From positions 22,382,001-22,446,000 of the forward strand of contig CM069163.1 in assembly GCA_035221665.1 (NCBI GenBank): a stretch of DNA of 64,000 nt, written 5' to 3'. The position numbers and the translations under genes are program-made. A model generated the notes under the pieces. That model had not been told where the DNA came from, searched no databases, and saw nothing but the letters and a program-made list of their open reading frames with translations. Of this stretch, positions 47,651 through 60,294 are shown one piece after another (position 1 is the first letter of the stretch; the number at the start of each line of letters is the position of its first letter). The stretch comes from Okamejei kenojei. Taxonomy: Eukaryota.

Positions 47651-49374
47651 TATGATATGATTTTCATCTTGCCAGCCCTGGATTCCGTTCCGCACATTTT
47701 TTGTTAGCTTGTTTTTTTTCCTCTGTTACAATGTATTTCCCGCATGATATTAAGGATTTTCAACTTATCTGGTCGTTCCTCTTCGATCATCCTTTCGAGA
47801 CTGTGCTTTATACTCTCACTGACTTGAATGCATTGGCAACTCAAATTGTAAACTTTACACTTGTGCTCAGTGACTTAACAGCACACTATAACTTCAAGGT
47901 TTGTATTGAAGGGTTGTAGTCAACTTGCTTGTTTGTTACTGTTTGGACTTATTCTACAGACCAATCGCACTTCCCTTAGCATTTGTCCACATTGAACTGC
48001 TTTCACTTTCAATTAGACCAAAGGCAAGTAAGTTGTTCCATTGTCAGATGTTGATTGCTTGATTTGAATACAGAATCTCTCTGAATTTTGTGTTGATAAT
48101 GCAGTCTTTTGGGACAATTCTGTTAATTTTCAGAATGCTGTGTGAATACTTTATATGTCACAGTTAAGACGACAAGTGTTCAGGCGTAATAAATTCAGTA
48201 TTTCACTTTGTGGCAATTAAATTTAAAGGGGGAATTTACATTAATCAGTTACTCTGACGCTTTTCTACAGTCAAATTAGTTTATCGAATAAAAATCCTTT
48301 GCCTCATTGTAAAAAATTTTTTGTCTGATATCAGCTTCAAAAGCATTTACATCTGTTTCATTGCAGGCTGAGTTATTCAGTGCAGTTCTTCACCTTGATT
48401 TTTAGCACACAGTCTCCCTCAAAGTTGCTGATGGTTCCAGATGTCATGCAGTTTAAGTTTGTGAAAGTAGTTGCTCTTTAACGGGGTAATTGTTTTCCCA
48501 GATATCAATAGCTATATCATTACCTCACACTGACACCACTGAGAGCAGATTTTCTCATTATCTGGATTATGTCTGGTCATTATGCATGCACATCACATTC
48601 AAAACTTATTGTTCATTTATGAATAAAAGGTTAATTTGTGTTTTATTTTGTTTGCAATTAAATCATTGATAAATTACCATAACTTCTCTCGTCGTTCTGC
48701 TCACCCAGTAAATTTGTCAGATAGCGGAAGCTGTTAACTGTGTGCCTTTCAAAACATACATGGTATGTTAAATTGAGTTACTTTTCACTTCAATAATGAG
48801 TCGCTCCCCTGCCAGCTAATTTAATCAATTTTAATAATGACCAAGTTAACTGGAATTTCCATTGGATACACACCTTTCCAAATAGTGTTCTGTTCTTTAA
48901 GGTACATTGTATTTATATGCAGATGCAATAAATGACATGGAATATATGTGCTTCCCCCATCGTGGGAGGATGTTCTTTTTGTGAAAATAATATTTTGTCA
49001 ACAAGAACTGTTGGATTGTTGCTTTCCAAGAGGATGGCCCATATTAAGATTTTTCACAACATAAAAATTGTGGTCTTGTAACATCAACTTGTACTTATTT
49101 ACTATTTACTTGTGGTTCAACTGCTCTATGAGGGAGGGGATGGGGTGGGGGACAGTGGCACACTGCGTGGGGGACAGTGGTTCACAAGCAGCACCTGGAA
49201 ATTTGTTATGATCAGGATATCCTTTCTCAAATGCATTGAAAGGTTGTTTTCTAGAGTACTGTAAAATGTTTGAATGTATGATTTAACTGCATAGTTAAGC
49301 TGCATTAATTGAATAAACGTAAATCTGATAAGTTTGGATTTTTTCTTATTGCTCTCTTATAGACACATGAAACT

Positions 49375-49700
49375 AGTATGGCACAACACAAATTAGGATT
49401 TAAATCCAATTCTGGGTTGGGTGAGGTGGGCGGGGGGGGGGGTCGAGGGGCAGGTATATCTCCACTTTTTTTTCTCTTATATCTTTATTCACTTTTATGT
49501 GCTTTTTCGAGCTATCTTTTCACTTCTCACTTTTTCCCTATCTTGTTCTTTCTCTTTTTCTCTTCATTTTCAGGTTAAAAGGTTAAAATTGAAGCTGTAC
49601 AATAATTGTATAATTTTAGATGCCGAATGTTTTATCCTTGTACAATTGCTTCTAATAAAAATAATAAATAAATAGATCAATAAATAAATATTCTTTTAAA
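49375..49700 (+). mobile_element. 5'-truncated L1/Tx1-like insertion (3' UTR plus A-rich tail)
   Basis: 14-bp TSD agacacatgaaact (49361-49374, 49701-49714); aataaa followed by a decayed A-rich tail. Confidence 0.75.
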
Positions 49701-51484
49701 AGACACATGAAACTGTTTGGTGCTTGTGCCCAAAATAGATTTTTTTAAATAGTGATGTGTGAACGTGTGTCCCTGTGTGCAGATGAATGTACTTTCAATT
49801 GAATCCTTTGTCTGAACAACAGGCCTCCAATGGAGTGACATTTCCTCATTATTGCAGTGTGCTGATTAATCTGACTTCTGTGCTTCAATGTCTAACTTGG
49901 AATAGATTGGTACCAACCAACCTTGACTGACAATTTGCTGTTGCACAAAGAGAAAAAATCTGACTCTCTTAAACAAATACTTTTCTCTGGCAGCGTTGAA
50001 TAATCTAGTCGTGTTGTACAGTCAGTGCTAGTTACTGGAGATACTGACTTTTAAGGCGGCCTGGAGCTCTGTTTGCCTGGATGGATAGGAATGTTGTTCC
50101 ACTTGCCTTGTGATTCACTTGGCAGAGTTTCAGTGATCATTGACCTCCGGCTACAAACATTGAAAATGCAGTGCTTGCGTAATGTAGCCTGTTTTATCTC
50201 CGAAGGGATTGTACAGCTCGTGTTTCTGTAAAAATATTTTTGTTTAGTTAACAAAAGTTAACTGAACAGTGCAGTGAAAGCTTTTATTGGGGGGGGGGGG
50301 GGTGAATCTGGAAGTGCACATGTATCCTGAAGATTCATGCAAAAGCTGTGTTTCATGTCAACTTCTTAGTTGAGCGTTATTATTTGTAAATACTTGGGTA
50401 GAATTATTTGATTCTAGATACCCAGCAAAAAGTTTTTGTTATATTGCACTGCCTAGTTATCTCTCCCCAAGTTCTTCCTTTAAATTTATCTTGCTCATTC
50501 TGTGAAGTGCCACTATGTTCATATCCAATGATTTATTTGGAAATGTAGTCAATGTTTTATGCTGTGGCGAAAATGCAACTAATGTATAGACACAAATCAG
50601 AAGCAAAACTGCTGTTGTCTGTGTTAGCGGAGAAGGAAGAGCGATAGCTGAACTTTTTGGAGAATTCTCTTCTAGAATAGTGATGTGGGAACATTTTATC
50701 CAACTGAACAGGCAGGCATGACGATGTAATTTTTTGAATATATGAAAATGTGGTGTGCCACAGTGTGACCTGGGTTACAACCTTCAGTCATTGAATGATG
50801 CTGGTACCCAGAAATCTCAAGCAACCAAGTGAAGTCTTCTTTGTTCTGGCTTATCGTTGGGAAAATAAGCTTGTTTTTTGTTTGGTTTTTGTGCCCAAAT
50901 CTGACGAGAGTTATCAAATCTGATTCATTTCATTTACTCGCATTTAGTCTAGTTAATTTATGGCGCCTTGCCCCAAGAACAGTGGCCCAAATAAACTTTA
51001 GTGTTGGTGTACGTTTTATATGATTGAGCGCAATACATCTCAGCCTCTTGAGTACTCTACATTATTTAAATGGTGCATTTGAGTATTACAAAAAAAACTA
51101 CCTTCACTCTTTTTCCCATTTTCATGGATTTGTTTTTTCTCCCTATCCATGCCAGTTTATGTGAACCTATCACATATTACTTCTGGAATAAATGCATTGA
51201 ATAAATGATTTAAGTGTGTTTTAATTAAACTGGTAAAGAAGGGATAAGTTAGTCTGTTATCTGTAAATTTTCCCACACGCTGTTGAGTACCTTATGTTGC
51301 TCACTGAAATTAACATTTGCAATATCTATTGCGGTCCTTGAATCTGAAGCGTTGCAAAGAGCGAAATGGAATAATGCAAGAAGGTGATTGAAAACCAAGC
51401 TGAAGAGATGAATTTTAAGGTACTTTGTCTTCAGCAACAGGAACAATGAGGAAAGTGGCTTTGACACATGGTAATGGTGGAGAT

Positions 51485-51604
51485 ACCAGGAACTGCAGAT
51501 GCTCAAATCTTGAGCAAAACAGTGCTGGAGTAACTCAGCGGGTCAGGCAGCATCTGTGGAGAGAAAGGATAGGGAATGTTTTAGGTTGGAATCCTTCTTC
51601 AGAC
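51485..51604 (-). mobile_element. Penelope terminal-repeat fragment
   Basis: aggaactgcagatgct...gctggagtaactcagcgggtcaggcagcatct...ccttcttcagact; a similar copy lies at about 37650-37743. Confidence 0.7.
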
Positions 51605-52033
51605 TTTGGGTATAATTATGCATTGTTCTTTCAAGGACAATGAATTCATAGAGGCCTTAAAATGGCCCACTGCCCCCTACCAACATAAAAGAACATATTT
51701 AAAAATGGGACTATGCATGGGAGATCTGCCAACTCCGATGTGGGATTGGGAGCCACCAAAAGGGATGACCTGGGAGCCACAACCAATGAATTGGAAGTAT
51801 TTCAGATTTGGGAACCACGGCCTGAAGGTGAGGTGAGTCTCACTAAAACACCACCTTGCTGAAACAAGATTTGAAAGAAAAACCGATGTGGAATTTGAGG
51901 GATTGTGTTTTGGGGAGTTTTGTGGACTGAAGGTAGTGTAATATATTGCAAAAGGTATAAAGGTGGCGGTAATTGTTGCACATACAGTAAAGGACAAGGA
52001 TATCTATGAGCTTTTATGGATAAACAAAAAAGA

Positions 52034-52338
52034 TTTGCATTTATATTGTGCAATCATAACATATGTGTTGTCCTTGCATACATTACAGCATATGAAGTAC
52101 TTTTGATGTGCAGTCACTGCTGCTATGTAGGAAATGTGGCAACTGACTTGCATGTAGCAAATTACCACAAATATCCATGAGATGACTAAATGTCTGATGA
52201 TAATGTTGAGCAAAGATATTGACTGTGGATAAACTCCCTTTCCCTCTTTTAAAATAGTATGCATTTTTATGTTCATCGAACAAGGCAGTCAGGACTATGG
52301 TTTAATGTCTCATCTGATAGGCAGTGCCTCTGACAGTC
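52034..52338 (-). mobile_element. Ancient Deu-domain-like SINE (SacSINE1/AmnSINE-related)
   Basis: ttgcatttatat...gtacttttgatgtgcagtcactg...ggtttaatgtctcatctgataggcagtgcctctgacagt; family assignment from recalled consensus. Confidence 0.5.
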
Positions 52339-53036
52339 CAATTAAATAATAAAAGAGTCCTCCATGTGCTTGGTGTTTGGGAATTAAAGGCGTGGAAAAA
52401 AAAATAACCTAACAAATCCTTGTCCTCTGGAATGATCACTTAGATAAAGAGAAAGCAGAGACAAATGTGGAGCATAAGCAATGTCAGCAACCTTTTGAGC
52501 CTAATGGTGTGTTTCCGTGCTATAAAAGCTATATAATTGACATTGATTACATACATTATTAATAATGTATCTGCTTGAGTAAAAACAGATTACTAAGGTA
52601 GAGAAAATGAATTTCAAAATAATGCGATGTGTTCTGAAATAGAATCGGTGGACTACAGAATAATAGGATGAATAGAGGCAATTCTAGCCGTGTAAGTGGA
52701 TTTGAATTGCTTTTGGGACAAAGAACAGGAAATAATCATGCGATCATTTAGTCAATATTCACATTCTTTATGAATTTTACACTTTTTGACAAAAGCACAT
52801 AATGGAAATTCGGTTGACTTTGTTGCACAGATGATGGGATTTGGACAGGCATCATCCAGATGAATTGCATATTGGTATTTATGTTTTGTATGTAAATCAG
52901 GATGAATATTCAAAATTAATTAGCTTTTTTTTTTGTTAAATGATACTCCACAAATGCTGTTTGAATGAAGTTATGAATGAATTATGAACATTGTAAAATT
53001 AGACATAATTTTAGACAAAATTGTACAAAACATAAA

Positions 53037-53091
53037 TTTGCCATGTTGTTGACACTTAAAGACATGCTTTAACTGTCAACAACATGGCAAA
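53037..53091. repeat. 25-bp inverted repeat (one C-C mismatch, 5-nt loop)
   Basis: tttgccatgttgttgaca-c-ttaaag-acatg-ctttaa-c-tgtcaacaacatggcaaa. Confidence 0.9.
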
Positions 53092-53193
53092 CTTACAACT
53101 TCACATATGGAATTAACTTCAAGTACTGTGCAAAGCTCTCTAAAATTTTGAGTTTTGGACAGCTTGGGTATTCTTGCTGCACAGGGATTTAAA

Positions 53194-54450
53194 CTAGACC
53201 AAGTTGAACCCGTTGGGCCCCGTCCCCCAATGCAGGAGGGCTGTTCCCCGAACACAATATTCTATCACTCGCCCATAGCCCCCAACTGCGCAGGCACTGC
53301 TGACGGGTTCCCGTTGTGACATGACACACAATAACCTCACACTCACACTCACACTCACACTCACACTCACACTAACACCCCCACCGCACACACACGCACT
53401 TGCACTCACTAACCCCCGCCCACCGCGCGCACACTAACCCCCGCCCACCGCGCGCACACTAACCCCCGCCCACCGCGCGCGCACACACACACTAACCCCC
53501 GCCCTCCGCGCGCACACACACACTAACCCCCACCCCCGATTTGCTGCTAAATGCAAATCCATTGTAATGTATCCATTCCCCCGACGCAACCCATTCCCCA
53601 ACGCAATAATCCCCAACCTTATTTTAAACTTTAAAAAAAAATTAAATTGCACTCAGATTTAATGTGATGTAGGTGCCACCGACAAGGCCATCTTTTGTTA
53701 TCCACATCTAATCATTACACTTTGCTGTGCTGGATTAGGCTGGCTGATTCTTCCCCTTTGTTATCCAAATCTAATCATCAAACTGATGACACGCAAATTC
53801 GTGAAGCGTTCCATATTTTTTATTTTAAAACCTAATCATCAAACTGTGCTGGATTAGGCTGGCAGATTCTTTCCCTGAAGGACATTTGCTGTGAAGAACT
53901 CGGTGTTCTGGGATAGAAATATTGTAGCCGGTCGGGCATTGTGATGGGCCAGTGCAGATTTGAATAAATCCAACTTTTAAATGTCACTTTAAAACTTTTA
54001 AATCTCCCCCACTACGTCCCTCTCCTTACAACAATGTAAAAACACTCTCATAGCTTGTGTATTGGCAGCTGAGATCACATTGTGATGTCATTTTCGGTTA
54101 TTGGAAGCAGCCGGAAGAGTCTCCCCCTCAAAGGCAGTTATTTTTCTAAAAATTTGCTATTTAAAAACTTAAAATATCAATAAATTGAAATATAACATCA
54201 AATCTGAAGGAAACTTATTTCACCGACGACGGGAAAAAGCTGAGTAAAGTTCTACAAAAATGTTTGCGCTGTTGTCTACTGTTTTGGCGAAAATGTACAC
54301 ACCCACCGCCCCCCCCCCCCCCCCCCCCCCCCCCCCGGGTTGCGTCTGCTCCCCAACACAAGATTCCACCACTCACCCGTTCCCCCAAAGCAATATTGCA
54401 CCACTCGCGCATAGCCCCCAACTGCGCAGGCGTGGCTCATTTCTCCTCAA
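53194..54450 (-). mobile_element. Non-autonomous Helitron, same family as 39540-41400
   Basis: Minus-strand 3' end gggcccaacgggttc...ttggtCTAG|T (53194-53197); 53660-54110 is the reverse complement of about 40620-40960; 5' end unclear. Confidence 0.75.
53336..53538. repeat. (CACACT)n microsatellite plus GC-rich minisatellite
   Basis: About 5 copies of cactaacccccgcccaccgcgcgca(ca)n inside the Helitron. Confidence 0.85.
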
Positions 54451-54844
54451 GCACCTGCTGAGTGTCGACTGTAAAGTTAGGATTGTTGTTTAAAGGCCTG
54501 AGCACAAATTTATCTAAACATCAAATGGTTGATCTTGATTTTTTTTTCTAATTTTGCTAAAGATTTTATAGTGTCGATGACGTAACAGAAGTTGCAACAG
54601 GAGGATGTCGTGGCATGCAATACTGTACTGATTTAATCACTTGCTTTTAATTTAAATTTACCATTCTGCAGAGTATTATAAGGGATTAAACCGTTCAAAT
54701 GTAATTTTCATGGAGGAGACGGAAGTTGACACCACCCCATGTTTAACCAGTTGTTGGTTGCAAAATACCTATGGGGAGGTATGAGTTTGAAAAATAATTG
54801 AGAACTATGCCAAAATCTTAGGAAAGGAAGATAGAATTCTATCT

Positions 54845-54930
54845 AAGATAGACACAAAATGGTGGTGGGATAGGCAGCATCTCTGGATGGAATGAATGGG
54901 TGACGTTTTGGGTCGAGGCCCTTCTTCTGA
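54845..54930 (-). mobile_element. Penelope terminal-repeat fragment
   Basis: agacacaaaatgg...ggcagcatctctgga...gggtgacgttttgggtcgaggcccttcttc. Confidence 0.7.
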
Positions 54931-55111
54931 TCCACTCTAGGATATTCAAGATGTCCTTGTTCTTTAGTAAACGTGGTTTCCTCCCTGCCGTCATGATGGA
55001 TCCATCATCCATGCCTACTCTGTGTCCTGTTTTTCTTCCCCCTCCCCCCCACCCCCTCCCAGATGCAACAAGGATAGAGAACACCGAAGTAGGAAAGCAC
55101 AATAAGATACA

Positions 55112-55368
55112 TGTTTAGTTTAGAGATACAGCCAGGGAACATGCCGTTCGGCGCACCGAGTCTACGCCAACCGGTGATCCACCAACATAGGACAATTTAC
55201 TATTTTTACCTAAGCCAAATAGCCAACAAACCTGTACATCTTTGGAGTGTGGGGGGGAAACCCATGCGGTCACGTGGAGAATGTGCAAACTGTGTGCAGA
55301 CAGCATCCATATTCGGGATCGAACCTGGCGCTGTAAGGCAGCAACTCTACCGCTACGCCACCGTGCCA
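55112..55368 (-). mobile_element. HE1-like tRNA-derived SINE
   Basis: Minus strand ggcacggtggcgtagcggtagagttgctgccttacagcgccaggttcgatccc (A/B boxes), (taaac)n tail; homologous to 19230-19525. Confidence 0.85.
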
Positions 55369-56157
55369 CATCCTAAGTAACTCCTAAGTGCTGCCTAAGT
55401 AATGCTCGACTAGGGCAGTATTTATAAAATGTTAAAAGGACAATATAAAGCCCACAATCTTAATTTTTAATTAAGTCTCTGAAGTGCTTTAAAGATGCCG
55501 TTGTCATCTGAAATGGAATATATAGTAAGAATGAAGAACCTTAAGTTGCTCATAAGTCAATCTAAAATTGAAGCTCGTTTGAAGATCAAATTGGTATTCT
55601 CAGTGGTTGAGAATTAATTTCTTGGAATTTTGTACATGAGGGATGAATGTCAATTTTAGAGTTTACAATGAAAATATCTCAAAGGACCAACCAAGATATT
55701 AATTACTTTCTGAAGTCTTCAGAAGAAAAGTTCTTTGCAGATATATTGATAAACCATATGAGAAAAAAATTCCCTCTGAAGTGCGGCTGAACCAGCAGAA
55801 TTTCATGTATTCTCTTCAATTTAAAAAAAAATCAAAAGTATAGGTAATTTGAAGAAGGCCATTTATATTTATTTATTTGTCTTAATTTACTCCATAAAAC
55901 TATTTGTCTAGCCAATCATTGCTCCCCATTCCAAATATACAAATGTTCTCATTTCCAGGACAGATCACCAGATAAGTGTTAAGACCTGAAACACTACCTG
56001 AATTTTTCCTTGTATTTAATCAAGACGGTGAGACAGTTTTGTGCAACACTTAGAGAGTTGCACTGTCAGAGGTGTTGTCTTTCAGATGAAATGGTAAGCT
56101 GAGTCCTTGTTAGCCAATAGTTGCAAAAGATGCCACGCTATTTCAGTGAAGAGTAAC

Positions 56158-56485
56158 GGCCCTGTCCCACGGTGCGAGTTCATTCCAAGAGCTCTCCCGA
56201 GTTTAAAAAAAATCAAACTTGTGGTAAGCACGGGGAATGAATGTAGCGGGTATGTCGGAGATCGGGAACGTCTAATAGCGGCTCGTAACGCTAACAGCAG
56301 GTACTTGGGAAGACTTGCTAACAGCAGGTAAGCTAGGGAAGACTCGTAAAGAATTTTCATCGTGTTGAAAAATGTCCATGAGAGCCCCGAGTACCGACGA
56401 GCGGCCATTACCGTAAATCTCCGAGTTCGAATCAGGGCAAACTCGGGAGAGCTCTTGGAATGAACTCGTACCGTGGGACAGGGCC
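56158..56485. mobile_element. PIF/Harbinger-like MITE inserted in a Deu-like SINE (about 56060-56590)
   Basis: About 47-bp TIRs ggccctgtcccacggt(g/a)cgagttcattccaagagctctcccgagttt, one mismatch; termini resemble the 8578-9312 MITE; TSD imperfect (taa/aaa). Confidence 0.85.
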
Positions 56486-57121
56486 AAAAGAGTGATGCAA
56501 CTGATGTCATTGCAAGCATTAATAGGTGAACCAACATCCTTGAAACAGATTACAACATTGTCGTTATCATGTATTTGTGGGAGATAGCATACCATTGTGA
56601 AAGATCTTTTACATGCTGTTGAACTTGGTTGTCTCAAAAAATGTAAATTATTTTCTGCTTTATATACGGAGTCTTGGTATCCCAAAATGCTTTACAACCA
56701 AGGTAGGGTAATCACTGTCTTGGTGTAGGAATAATACAATGGATAATTTGCACACAGTTTTTCATTTTTCCCCAACTGCCAACTGCTCATGTACAGAATA
56801 CAGTGGTCCTATGTTGATCCCCATATCTAGGTTGTGTTCCAATGAATTCAAAACCACATATTTCCAGTATATTTTTTGTTAAATTTAATGTCCTCTTGTC
56901 CTGACTAGTCAAGAAGCAAATGCTAAATTAGAATATATGACTTATCATTTAGCATTGTTCAACTAACTTTCAGAATATGGTCAGTTGAATCTTATTGTGT
57001 GCTGTCCTGAATGCAAAACAGAGATCATAACTTTTCTCAAATCTTTGGGTTCATTTGCTGCAATTAATTTGGACTATTTATGTTCAGTTGAGCCTCTAAT
57101 TATCTGAACCAAGCAATGATG

Positions 57122-57330
57122 ACACAAGGAACTTCAGATGCTGGAAACTTGAACAAAACATAAAGTGCTGGAGGAACTCAGCTGATCAAGCAGCATCTGT
57201 GGAGGTAGTGGATGGGCAGCGATTCTTGTTGGGACCCTTCTTCGAGCTGATTGTCTCCCGCCTTCTACAAGTCGTCTGTCCATTCCTGCCATAGATGCTG
57301 CTTCTCCACTGAATTCCAGCATTTTGCTTT
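57122..57330. mobile_element. Fold-back Penelope terminal-repeat structure
   Basis: aaggaacttcagatgctgg...gggacccttcttc followed by inverted atagatgctgc...ccagcattttg. Confidence 0.65.
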
Positions 57331-57964
57331 AAAAATATGGAATGTTCATGTTTGATCGATGTTTTGTATGGTTGAAAGATGGGTAGTGCCAGGATACCGC
57401 AATCAGCATCAATTGACACTGGAGTCAGTTGAGTGACAATAGAAGAACCTATTTGAATATGGTTGTGTACATTTAGAATCAGAAGGTGATTTATTTTTGT
57501 ATTGAAGATAAACCTAAATGCATCCCTTTCTGGCCAAATGGACTAAATGGAATCTAGTGTATATTAAGTTTAAGAGAACGATGTCTCTTTGAATGAATTT
57601 TACAATCCGTCCTACTCCCCTGCTCGCTCAGAGCTGTAAAATTTTCCTTGTCCAATTTATATTTGGTATAAATATCTCATTCACTTTTGAATATCGTTAT
57701 TGAATCTCTCTATAGAATTATGTTGCTTGATATAAGAGGTAACTGGTATGGAGAGAATGAAATTCAATAATGCTGCTATAATTGAGCATTTTGGAAACTT
57801 AGGAGAGGAAGAAAAGTTACAAGACAAACAAAAATATATGAATTTATTTGACATGGAACATTGTAATTTAGCAGGAAGAGATTTTTTGTTGAGTCAGGCA
57901 GCATCTCTGGAGAACATGGATAGAGAACATGTGCAGGAAGGAATTGCAGATGCTGGTTTACAGC

Positions 57965-58253
57965 ATGGGGGGGCTGCCGTGAGGGATGGTGGGAGAACAA
58001 AGGGGGACCCGGTGTGGGGGAGGGACAATCTTGTTTTAGAATCCTCTGCCCAGGGGATAAGGCTTTGTTTGTTCGTTTGTTCCGGTTAAGGCGCAGTGCA
58101 CACGGCACGCAGCCAACAGTCGCTTGTCTTTTTCTTTTTTTCCCCCTCACACTTTTAATTTAATTTTAATTTCAGATTTTCGTGTACCTTATGTGTTGTG
58201 ACTGTTAGCAGACTAATTTCCCTCCGGGGATGAATAAAGTTTTATAGTATCGT
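57965..58253 (+). mobile_element. Non-LTR retroelement 3' end inserted in a Penelope repeat
   Basis: Ends ctaatttccctccggggatgaataaagttttatagtatcgta; flanked by the two halves of a Penelope terminal repeat (gatgctggtttac... / ...aaaatactgacgtaactcagc). Confidence 0.55.
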
Positions 58254-58406
58254 AAAATACTGACGTAACTCAGCAGGTCAGGCAGCACCTCTGGAGAAAA
58301 GGAATAGGTGACGCTTTGGGTCTGAAGAAGGGTCTCGACCTGAAACATTTACCTATTCCTTTTCTCCACACATGCTGCCTGACATGCTGAGTTACACCAA
58401 CATTTT
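58254..58406. mobile_element. Fold-back Penelope terminal repeat with hammerhead-like core
   Basis: gtaactcagcaggtcaggcagcacctctggagaaaaggaataggt ... ggtCTGAAGAagggtctcgacctGAAAc ... acctattccttttctccacacatgctgcctgacatgctgagttac. Confidence 0.8.
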
Positions 58407-58537
58407 CATAAGATAATAAGTGATAGGAGCAGAATTAGGCCATTTGACACATCAAGTCTACTCCGCCATTCAATCATAGCTGATCTATCTCTCCCTCTTA
58501 ACTGCATTCTCCTGCCTTCTCCCGATAACCTTTGACA
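58407..58537 (-). mobile_element. CR1 LINE 3' terminus
   Basis: ataggagcagaattaggccattt...ccgccattcaatcatagctgatct. Confidence 0.75.
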
Positions 58538-59730
58538 TCTGTTTTGTGTCTTTCTTATGGATAGACAACATTTTAGGGTGGGAACAGGCAACATCAATGG
58601 TATATGAAGACTGCCAGTTATAATTATTTACAGTGCGCTGCATTCTACCGCGAGATTCAATAAAGATATTCAAATGAGAATGGCCCTGACCCAAAATGTC
58701 ACCTAACCATGTTCTACAGAGATGCTGCCTGTTGCAGTTACTCTAGCATTTTTGTGTTTTGTGCTCAAGATTCCAGCATCTGTGGTTCCATGTGTCAATT
58801 CTTTTTTTGATGATCTGTATTTATTGTTAAAGAATAGTATACAGTCATTGCACTTAGAAGAGAAATGCAAGTGGCCACTATATAGCTGGTAACACAGAAT
58901 TAAGCACTTAATCATATTTGGAGGTCAGTTTGGTTCTTCTAGGCTGTGAGTAGCAGTAGATAGCAGTAGGTACAAATGTTTTTTGAGCTGTGCTATTTTG
59001 CAGATTATTTCAATTAGTTCCTTTTTTTAAATATTCTGCCACTGCTTTCTTTTCCCATAATTTATTGTTTCTGGAGGTCATTACTGTTGCTGTTGCTTTA
59101 AGTTATGTCAAATTTATTTGCAGAAAAAACTAATTTAAACCAACATATCAGTGCATATAGTTAAGAATGTCCTCCTGTGTTTGAGTATTAGTATTCCCTT
59201 AAGTGACTAAAAAGAACCTATTTATTCTTTAAACGCAAGAGAAAAACAATGTCTGGTCATTGCTCTTGATCTTGACTTGGATGTCAATCTTAATTTGATA
59301 TACTAAATGTTGGTCACAACATCAGTCTTATTTATGCTACAAGGACACTGCTAATGGCAAACACGCAATGCCTGTTTATTTGAAAATGCAAGAAGCTAGA
59401 TTCCCCGGATTCCAGCATCATTGAAAATCTATTAGTGTACATTTTCTGAATTATTGTTGGATTTACCAGCTTTAATTTCTTCCAAATCTAAAGCCTGATT
59501 TTCAGTCCAAGCCAGTCCAAAGCACATTTGAAGTATTGTTGGTGCTTAGAAAAGCCCAGCTTACCAATTGGACATTGCAGAGTTGTGATGAATATCAGAT
59601 AACCTGTTTTAGTGAAGTTGGATAGGTCCATAGTCTGACTTCCTGCTGTGAAATGTTGATCTAAGTGGACATTTGTTTAAGGTTTCACCCCCTGTCTCAA
59701 ATGACAGCCAAGATTATAAAGGTTTCAACC

Positions 59731-59784
59731 CACAATCTTCTGATATAGATGCAAGAGCACAATCTTCTGATATAGATGCAAGAG
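59731..59784. repeat. Perfect 27-bp tandem duplication
   Basis: cacaatcttctgatatagatgcaagag x2. Confidence 0.9.
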
Positions 59785-60294
59785 CCGTAGATGAAGCTGC
59801 AATGAAGAACAACATTAGGGATTAATTTTTTTTTATTTTTTTAAATGGGGTCCTTTGGACGGCAGTAATGAAGCAATTCTTGAATTCTCTGCAGCAAGTT
59901 AAAAGCACATTTAGTGGTTGACTGAAAACTGGTGTAAAAGGGTAAATTTGGCAAAGTCAGTACAGAGGGCCACAGGCCTATTACATGGAATGGCTGGGTT
60001 GGTTGATCTTTGTTCCCAATCAGTGGTAGAGGTTACACTGCAAAATCTGCAAGGGAGGTGATAGAAACCATAACACAGAAACTGCCTGACCTTAATCTGC
60101 ACTTGGCTCAAACTTCTGATCCACACAGCCTGACAGTGTTGCAGAACATGTTTGGAGATCAAATTTCAACTCTGCAAAGCAAACAAGTTTTTTTTGGTAA
60201 GATTTTTCACTGCATTAAATATTTAAAGGGACGTGTTTAAGCATCCTGCGTCCATCAGAACTAATTATCCCTGGATAGGTTGACTGAGAATAAA

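Noticed and set aside
55310-55368. tRNA-like A/B boxes
   Set aside because: Head of an HE1-like SINE; no complete cloverleaf.
56082-56685. 151-aa and 137-aa minus-strand ORFs
   Set aside because: They span a MITE and its SINE host; no transposase or host-protein motifs.
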